Assembly (NCBI GenBank): GCA_902802945.1 | Contig: CADCOC010000010.1 | Span: 1,049-65,048 of the forward strand | From: an uncultured bacterium | GTDB taxonomy: Bacteria; Verrucomicrobiota; Kiritimatiellia; RFP12; UBA1067 | Direction of reading: 5' to 3' | Length of the DNA stretch: 64,000 nt | In this document: in pieces, positions 57,830-64,000 of the stretch | Numbering within the stretch: position 1 is the first letter of the stretch | Layout: each line of letters opens with the position of its first letter | Made by a program: the position numbers and the translations under genes | The notes under the pieces: generated by a model | What the model saw: the letters and a program-made list of their open reading frames with translations, nothing else | Told to the model about the DNA's origin: nothing | Databases searched by the model: none

Positions 57830-60556
57830 ATGAAGCGCAACAAGAAAACAAGCAAGTGCAGACTCATATTGGGTTTGCTTGCAATGACCGTGTCGATTCC
57901 GCTCTTTGCAGCGGAAGTGACGCCAGAGCAGGCGCAGACGGCTGCTGAAAACTGGATCAGGCTCAGTCCGAGGCGGATGGGGTCGACATTCCGCTCATGC
58001 ACTGCCGATGAAATGGAGACGGTTCGCAATAGCTCTGGACGAGCGGCGTTCCACGTGATCAATTTTGAGGGGGGCGGATACGTGGTGACGTCTGGCGACA
58101 CCCGTCTGTCCCCGATCGTTGCGTTTTCCACTTCAGGACGGTACAGCGGCAACAGAAACAGTCCCCTTTACGCGCTTTTGCGGGGTCAGGAGGATGTTGT
58201 GTCCGCCCTGAACGAATACGACGAAATGGAGTCAGCTGCCAACGTCAGCATCCAGGGCACCGGGCACCAGAACATGCCACGCCATCGAAACGTCGATGTC
58301 AGCCCGTTTGTCGATGCGGAGCTGGAGTGGGCTGCGCTTTTGTCTTCCAAGCCAGATGACGACGACGCGGGCGGCAGTTCCGGCGTCCAAGTTGCCAGAG
58401 AGTCCCAGGAGGCGATTTCAGACATACGCGTAAGCCCGCTGCTCAAGACCAAATGGGGGCAAAATGGCGCTTGGGATTATGACAGCAATTACATTCCACT
58501 GTACAATTTCTACAGTCCCGTCGAAGAATATCCGTGCGGATGCGTCGCCACCGCCGGCGCGCAGATCATGTACTACCACAGGGCGCCGAGCGGATCCATC
58601 GCACAGTTCTCGAACACGTGCTATGTCGATGGAAGCTCGGTGACGCTAAATTCCATCGCCGGGACATTCGACTGGAGCAACATGTTCCTGGAGTACGTCT
58701 GGTGGGAGGCGATATACCCCGACCCATTCCCGACCCCGCCCTCTCTCACCCAGCGGCAGGCCGTCAGCAAGCTGACTTATAACATCGGCGTCGCGATCGG
58801 GATGAACTACAATGGAGGGGGATCGAGCGGACAGGGCAACGTGTTCGTCTCCCAGCTCAAGTCCCGGTTCGGCTACAAGTCCGGGTCGTGGATTTGGTAT
58901 GACATCGACACGGTCGACCGTCTGACTGACTACGAAGATCGGCGGGCCGATTTCAACAATGCGCTCTACGCAAGCCTCGATGCGAAGATGCCGGTGTTCC
59001 TGGCCGTCGTGGGCACTAGCGCGAATGGCAAACGTGCCGAGCATGCCGTCGTTGCCGATGGATACGGCTATATGTCCGGCTATGGCTATACTCATTTGAA
59101 CGTGGGCTACGAGGGTGATTGCGACCTTTGGTACAAAATGGTCTATCCAGACGCTACGGTGGACATTGAGTTTACTGCATGCGTCTACAAAAGGTTCTCC
59201 GGCCTTGGTTTCAACATCCATCCAACGCTTGCAGGCGACATCCTCTCCGGCAGGGTGCTCAAATCTTCCGGTGCCCCCGCTGCCGGCGCCACGGTGACGC
59301 TCTACGATGGTTCGGGCAATGTCGTGAAGACCTCCGCCACCGACGCGAAGGGGCTCTACTCGATCAGGTTCACCGTGGCAGGCAACTTCAAGGTCAAGGC
59401 GGTGTCTGGAAGCCTCGAATCGTCCACCGTTCCGGTAAGCCTGTCACGCACCGTAACCTTGGATCAGGGCCTTGAATTCGAAAGAGGCGGCAGAACGGGG
59501 AACAAATGGGGCGTCAATCTGACGCTGGACGGTACGTCTACGCCTACACCTACCCCTACACCTACACCTGGGCCTACGAGCACCGTGACGTTCGGCAAGA
59601 ACGGCGGCACGGGCGGCGACAACTACGTGACGGCCACGTACGGCGCGGCGATGCCGACCCCGCGCACCGCGCCCACGCTCTCCGGCTGGACGTTCGCGGG
59701 CTACTGGGACACGCTCGCTCTCGATGAAAAGGGAAACCCGAAGGGCAAGCAGTACTATGACGCGAACATGAAGAGTGTCCGTGTCTGGGACAAGAACGGC
59801 GCGGTAACGCTGTGGGCGAAGTGGACGAACAAGGTGACATTCGGCAAGAACGGCGGTACGGGCGGCGACAGCTACGTGACCTGCACGAGGGGCCAGCCGA
59901 TGCCGAAGCGCACGATGCCGACGAAGTCCGGCTACGTGTTCGACGGCTACTGGACCTCCATCGGCGCGGGCGGGGTCAAGTACTACAACGCCGACGGCAC
60001 GAGCGCGCACACCTGGGACAAGTCGGGGAGCGTCACGCTCTGGGCGAAGTGGGTGAAGCCCGTCGCCTGCAGGGTGACGTTCGGCAAGAACGGCGGCGCG
60101 GGCGGCGACAACTACGTGACTGCGACGACTGGCAAGGCGATGCCGACGCCGCGTACGGCCCCTAAGCGCACGGGCTGGACGTTTGGCGGCTATTGGGACA
60201 CTCTTGCCTGCGACGCGAAGGGCAATCCGCTCGGCAAGCAGTACTACGACTCGGGCATGAAGAGCGTCCGTGCCTGGGACAGAACATCCGACGTGACTCT
60301 CTGGGCGAAGTGGACCGTGCGCGTGAAGCTCGGCAAGAACGGCGGCACGGGCGGCGATGACTACGCGACCGTCATCTTCAACCAGCCGTTCCCGAAGAGG
60401 ACGATGCCGACGAAGTCGGGATATGCCTTCGGCGGGTACTGGGTGTCGGCGGGCAGCCGCACGGGCCAGTGCTACAACGCGGACGGCACGGGTACCTCCT
60501 CGATGAAGTGGACGACCGGCGGCACGCCGACGATCTGGGCGCTTTGGACGAAATAA
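57830..60556 (+). CDS. secreted C10-family (streptopain-like) cysteine peptidase with four C-terminal Listeria-Bacteroides (Flg_new) repeats
   Basis: ATG 57830 with signal peptide. Cys motif YPCGCVATAGAQIMYYH and His motif EHAVVADGYG. Then 4 x ~77-aa units starting V(T/K)(F/L)GKNGG(T/A)GGD. Confidence 0.8.
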   Translation: MKRNKKTSKCRLILGLLAMTVSIPLFAAEVTPEQAQTAAENWIRLSPRRMGSTFRSCTADEMETVRNSSGRAAFHVINFEGGGYVVTSGDTRLSPIVAFSTSGRYSGNRNSPLYALLRGQEDVVSALNEYDEMESAANVSIQGTGHQNMPRHRNVDVSPFVDAELEWAALLSSKPDDDDAGGSSGVQVARESQEAISDIRVSPLLKTKWGQNGAWDYDSNYIPLYNFYSPVEEYPCGCVATAGAQIMYYHRAPSGSIAQFSNTCYVDGSSVTLNSIAGTFDWSNMFLEYVWWEAIYPDPFPTPPSLTQRQAVSKLTYNIGVAIGMNYNGGGSSGQGNVFVSQLKSRFGYKSGSWIWYDIDTVDRLTDYEDRRADFNNALYASLDAKMPVFLAVVGTSANGKRAEHAVVADGYGYMSGYGYTHLNVGYEGDCDLWYKMVYPDATVDIEFTACVYKRFSGLGFNIHPTLAGDILSGRVLKSSGAPAAGATVTLYDGSGNVVKTSATDAKGLYSIRFTVAGNFKVKAVSGSLESSTVPVSLSRTVTLDQGLEFERGGRTGNKWGVNLTLDGTSTPTPTPTPTPGPTSTVTFGKNGGTGGDNYVTATYGAAMPTPRTAPTLSGWTFAGYWDTLALDEKGNPKGKQYYDANMKSVRVWDKNGAVTLWAKWTNKVTFGKNGGTGGDSYVTCTRGQPMPKRTMPTKSGYVFDGYWTSIGAGGVKYYNADGTSAHTWDKSGSVTLWAKWVKPVACRVTFGKNGGAGGDNYVTATTGKAMPTPRTAPKRTGWTFGGYWDTLACDAKGNPLGKQYYDSGMKSVRAWDRTSDVTLWAKWTVRVKLGKNGGTGGDDYATVIFNQPFPKRTMPTKSGYAFGGYWVSAGSRTGQCYNADGTGTSSMKWTTGGTPTIWALWTK
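59585..60553 (+). repeat. array of four Listeria-Bacteroides repeat units (coding)
   Basis: Units start VTFGKNGGTGGDNYVTATYG, VTFGKNGGTGGDSYVTCTRG, VTFGKNGGAGGDNYVTATTG and VKLGKNGGTGGDDYATVIFN. Confidence 0.85.
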
Positions 60557-60573
60557 GTTGACGGGAACCTTCG

Positions 60574-62766
60574 ATGGTCCTAATATCCCCTACCGTTGTC
60601 GCAGGTCTTGCGCTGGTTGCAGCTTTATGCTGCTCCACGGCCAGAGCTGCGACATTCGGTCTGGATTATCGGGTTTCCGTCAAGAAGCCGGCCTTGCGCA
60701 TGAGCGCGAGAGCCGTTGCGACATCACCCCTTGGGGAGCATTCGGACGAAGGCATCTTGCGTTTGACCGAGATTCCGACGGACGAAGCTCCCAAGGCACC
60801 GGCCGGCCTTGCGGTCGGCGACACGCTTGACGTGGCCCTCTTCGACGGCTGCAAGGTCAAGCTTACGCTCCTTGAGCAGACGCCGTCCGTGAACGGAGGC
60901 GATTCGTTTCTGGCGACTGCGGACGGCTACGACGGAATGTTCGTGGCTGCCGTAGTTTGCCTGGACGGGCGCATCCATATCGACATCCAGGACTTCCTTT
61001 CCGGGAGGGTTTACTCGGTCCTGTCTTCATCGGAGCAGACAGTCGTCATGGAAGTCGATTCGCGTAGTCTTCCCTGTGGATGCGGCAAAGCGCCTGAAGC
61101 GCCGCGGAAAACCGCGCCGCCCGGGACGCCGCCTGTCTCGCGCATGGAAAAGGCGTCTCGTGCCGACATGTCAATGAAGGCAGGTCCCGCGTTTGTCGAC
61201 ATCCTCGTCGTATATGACGCACTTGCAGCCGAATGGGCGAAAAAACGAGGCGGAGGCGTCAATGCCTTTGCCGAGGTACAGGTGCAGAAGATGAACGCGG
61301 CGCTGGCCAATACGGAGCTTGACCGGAACTTCAGGTTTCGGCTCGTGGGCACATACGAAGTTGGTGGGAGCGCGGGCGGTAGCATCGGCAGTGCGCTTGA
61401 AGCGGCGCAAAGCGGAAACTTCGAGTTCAACGGGGTCAGTTGGAACGGCGTCCACGTGAAACGTGACGAGACGGGTGCGGACATCGTCTGCGTGCTGGTC
61501 GACAATGGTATGTCTTACGGAACGACAGGGATTGGGTTCTCTCTTTACCAGGACAGCTGGGGATTCTCCGAATACGCATACAGCTCGTGTCTCATCCGTG
61601 CCGTTGCCAACGGATTTACGATGATGCATGAAGTCGGGCACAACATGGGCGCGGGGCATCCAACCGCCATGTCCGACGTGGACAACTGCGGCCCCCAGTA
61701 CTTCGGTTATTCGTCCGGCTATTACTTCACCGGCGACGACGGCGAGGCCTACCATACGATCATGGGCTACTCGTCGGACGGCTATGGGAACTACTATTCG
61801 CCAGCCCCGTTCTTCTCGTCGCCAAACTACACGTTCATGTCCGTTCCCGTCGGCGACTCCAGCCACGACAACTCCTTGACGCTACAGCAGACATTCCTGG
61901 AGACTTCCCTTTACCGTGAGGAGAAGAACTTCTTCAAGGTGACGTTCGGCAAGAACGGCGGGACGGGCGGCGACGACTACGTGACGGCGGCATACGGCGC
62001 GGCGATGCCGGTTCCACGCGCCGCGCCCACGCTCTCCGGCTGGACGTTCGGCGGCTACTGGGATACGCTCGCCCTCGACGAGAAAGGCAACCCCAAGGGC
62101 AAACAGTACTACGACGCGAACATGAAGAGCGTGCGGAACTGGGACAAGAAGAGTGCCGCCACTCTCTGGGCGAAGTGGACGAACAAGGTGACGTTCGGCA
62201 AGAACGGCGGCACCGGCGGCGACAACTTCGTCACAGTCTCCAAGGGCCAGCCGATGCCGATGCCCCGTACGCCCCCCACGCGCGCGGGCTGGACGTTCGG
62301 CGGCTACTGGGACACTGTCGTAACGGACGCGAATGGCAACCCGCTCGGCAAGCAGTATTACGACGCGAGCATGAAGAGCGTCCGTGCCTGGGACAAGACT
62401 TCGGCCGCGACGCTGTGGGCGAAGTGGACGGTGCGCGTGAAGCTTGGGAAGAACGGCGGCACGGGCGGCGATGACTACGTGACGGTCACCTACAACCAGC
62501 CGTTCCCCAAGAGGACGATGCCCAAACTCACGGGCTACGCCTTCGGCGGTTACTTTGTGTCGGCGTCCAGCAAGACGGGCCAGTGCTACAACGCTGATGG
62601 CACGGGAACCGCCTCGATGAAGTGGGCGACCGGCGGCACGCCGACGATCTGGGCGCTCTGGACGAAGACCTCGGCTTGCGTGGAGCTTCCACCGTCCAAG
62701 GTTGAGCGGTCTGTCACCGCGCCGAGCGCATCTGCCGCTTCTGGACCGCAAAGGAACGAAAAATGA
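60574..62766 (+). CDS. secreted metzincin (reprolysin/M12B-like) zinc metallopeptidase with three Listeria-Bacteroides repeats
   Basis: Signal peptide MVLISPTVVAGLALVAALCCSTARA. Zinc motif MMHEVGHNMGAGH (HExxHxxGxxH). Downstream HTIMGYS is a Met-turn candidate. Three repeat units follow. Confidence 0.8.
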   Translation: MVLISPTVVAGLALVAALCCSTARAATFGLDYRVSVKKPALRMSARAVATSPLGEHSDEGILRLTEIPTDEAPKAPAGLAVGDTLDVALFDGCKVKLTLLEQTPSVNGGDSFLATADGYDGMFVAAVVCLDGRIHIDIQDFLSGRVYSVLSSSEQTVVMEVDSRSLPCGCGKAPEAPRKTAPPGTPPVSRMEKASRADMSMKAGPAFVDILVVYDALAAEWAKKRGGGVNAFAEVQVQKMNAALANTELDRNFRFRLVGTYEVGGSAGGSIGSALEAAQSGNFEFNGVSWNGVHVKRDETGADIVCVLVDNGMSYGTTGIGFSLYQDSWGFSEYAYSSCLIRAVANGFTMMHEVGHNMGAGHPTAMSDVDNCGPQYFGYSSGYYFTGDDGEAYHTIMGYSSDGYGNYYSPAPFFSSPNYTFMSVPVGDSSHDNSLTLQQTFLETSLYREEKNFFKVTFGKNGGTGGDDYVTAAYGAAMPVPRAAPTLSGWTFGGYWDTLALDEKGNPKGKQYYDANMKSVRNWDKKSAATLWAKWTNKVTFGKNGGTGGDNFVTVSKGQPMPMPRTPPTRAGWTFGGYWDTVVTDANGNPLGKQYYDASMKSVRAWDKTSAATLWAKWTVRVKLGKNGGTGGDDYVTVTYNQPFPKRTMPKLTGYAFGGYFVSASSKTGQCYNADGTGTASMKWATGGTPTIWALWTKTSACVELPPSKVERSVTAPSASAASGPQRNEK
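61939..62667 (+). repeat. array of three Listeria-Bacteroides repeat units (coding), paralogous to 59585-60553
   Basis: The first and last units are near-identical at protein level to the first and last units of the C10 gene, e.g. ...GQCYNADGTGT(S/A)SMKW(T/A)TGGTPTIWALWTK. Confidence 0.85.
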
Positions 62767-64000
62767 GCAGATTAGTAAAATTGGTGTGTTTGCTGGTGGC
62801 GATGGTTCCCGTGCTTGCTGTGCATGGGGCTGCGCCGATTTTATTAAAGACGGGTACGATATTGCCTGAAGAGGAAAGCAGTTTGCTGTCGACGCAGGTC
62901 AAGGTGCCATCTCAACAGTTGCAGAAGGTGTCCGATCAAGGATTGTATATCATCCAGCATGACGGCGTGATAACGCCTGATTGGCGTGAGAAGATCGAAA
63001 AGGCGGGCGCGATTATCCGCGGGTATATCCCGGAGAACGCCTATCTTATCGAGGCAAGCAAGGAAAGTTACTCAACAATCATCAGCTCGGTGGAGCACTC
63101 GTACTTGGGCGACTATGCACCGGAGTATAGGTACGAGGCGGCGGAACTTGTGGCGGCGCCGCAGACGAAAAGCACTGCTGCTGAGGACGAGGTTTTAACA
63201 TCGTCAGGCGAGTCTGTGGAAGCGGTGTCTGACTATGACATCCTGCTGTTTGATGCCGACAAGCGATCGGAAGTTTCAACAAGAGTCGCAAAACTTCATG
63301 CCTGTTCTGTGGTTTCATCTGACGGGAAGGTGATTCGCGCCAAGTTGACGGTTGCCGCCATACGCGAGATTGCCTCTTGGGTTGAAATAGAGTATATTGA
63401 GCCATATCATGAATTAACGTTGCACAACAATGTCGCCGTGCAGGCTCCGCGCATGAATATTGAGACAGTTTGGCCAGATGGCTCAACTGGACTTGGTTTG
63501 ACAGGAGAGGGTCAGGTGGTTGCCGTTGCAGATACTGGATTGGATACAGGAAATAAAAGCACGTTACATGAAGATGTGAAAGGACGCGTGTTACGGTGCC
63601 ATTCAATTGGGCGGCTAGATAGCGGTGACTGGAGTGACCCTGACGGGCATGGAACACATGTTGTTGGTAGTGTACTTGGAAACGGCACGAAGTCAGGCGG
63701 TTCAATTAAGGGTGGAGCCTATAAGGCATCCCTTATATTGCAATCGCTGATTAATGAAAAGGGAAAGCTCTCGAATTATGCTGATTTGAATAATCTCTTT
63801 CAGGAGGCGTATGATGATGAGGCAGGGACTTCTGGTGCCCGTATCCATTCCAATAGTTATGGGAGCTCGCAATATGGAGCTTACACACAGCGCAGTCGAA
63901 ATGTTGATGAATTTATGTTCTCGCACCCAGACATGCTAATCCTGTTCTCGGCTGGGAATGATGGCATTGATAGCGATGGAGATGGCGTTATTGACTTTGA
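62763..64000 (+). CDS. secreted S8 (subtilisin-family) serine peptidase, 5' part only (runs off right edge)
   Basis: My own translation from ATG 62763 (ATGA overlap): MSRLVKLVCLLVAMVPVLAVHG... Asp motif VVAVADTGLDTG and His motif DPDGHGTHVVGS. No stop before 64000. Confidence 0.82.
   Translation, partial: MSRLVKLVCLLVAMVPVLAVHGAAPILLKTGTILPEEESSLLSTQVKVPSQQLQKVSDQGLYIIQHDGVITPDWREKIEKAGAIIRGYIPENAYLIEASKESYSTIISSVEHSYLGDYAPEYRYEAAELVAAPQTKSTAAEDEVLTSSGESVEAVSDYDILLFDADKRSEVSTRVAKLHACSVVSSDGKVIRAKLTVAAIREIASWVEIEYIEPYHELTLHNNVAVQAPRMNIETVWPDGSTGLGLTGEGQVVAVADTGLDTGNKSTLHEDVKGRVLRCHSIGRLDSGDWSDPDGHGTHVVGSVLGNGTKSGGSIKGGAYKASLILQSLINEKGKLSNYADLNNLFQEAYDDEAGTSGARIHSNSYGSSQYGAYTQRSRNVDEFMFSHPDMLILFSAGNDGIDSDGDGVIDF

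Noticed and set aside
59585-62667. Regularly spaced ~230-nt repeats that could be mistaken for a CRISPR-like or satellite array
   Set aside because: The units are long, lie in frame inside two ORFs, and encode the Listeria-Bacteroides repeat domain. There are no short unique spacers.
1-64000. Search for rRNA, tRNA, CRISPR arrays, integrases, prophage or IS elements
   Set aside because: None was recognisable by eye in any intergenic region longer than 90 nt or among the ORF translations. Only the 40-codon left-edge fragment is an ambiguous transposase-like candidate.

Overview
High-GC (about 60-65% by eye) bacterial chromosomal segment. I call 47 protein genes on the + strand and one 40-codon fragment on the - strand at the left edge. 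I found no rRNA, tRNA, CRISPR array, integrase or intact transposase. Gene content: housekeeping genes (fmt, thymidine phosphorylase, a ParE-like type IIA topoisomerase B subunit, glgP, icd, hslO, a compact murC-like ligase); outer-membrane biogenesis genes (bamA-skp-lpxD, lpxI, an lpxC-family gene, LolA-like, AsmA-like); and a MurU-AmgK-like cell-wall recycling fusion. There is also an unusually dense set of envelope and secreted peptidases: papain-like C1, two M48, a trypsin-like C-terminal domain, HtrA, and a C10 / metzincin / S8 operon. PEP-CTERM anchors, a GspG-like protein, Listeria-Bacteroides repeats and a Tat-signal Gfo/Idh/MocA oxidoreductase suggest a PVC-group Gram-negative (Verrucomicrobia / Lentisphaerae / Kiritimatiellae-like); this is inference only. 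The most unusual signal is not a gene. Several families of short GC-rich palindromic mini-elements (about 20-30 nt, sometimes chained to about 160 nt) sit in frame inside at least six unrelated ORFs. The same nucleotides are read in different codon phases and orientations, and stem differences are compensatory. Other points: two copies of a ~116-bp AT-rich inverted-repeat element; extended -10 boxes 6-9 nt upstream of five start codons (probable leaderless mRNAs); low-GC cassettes that replace gene ends; an MmeI-like RM candidate; an ATPase-nuclease cassette with flanking direct repeats; and a translationally coupled GspG-like / sigma / C1-peptidase module.
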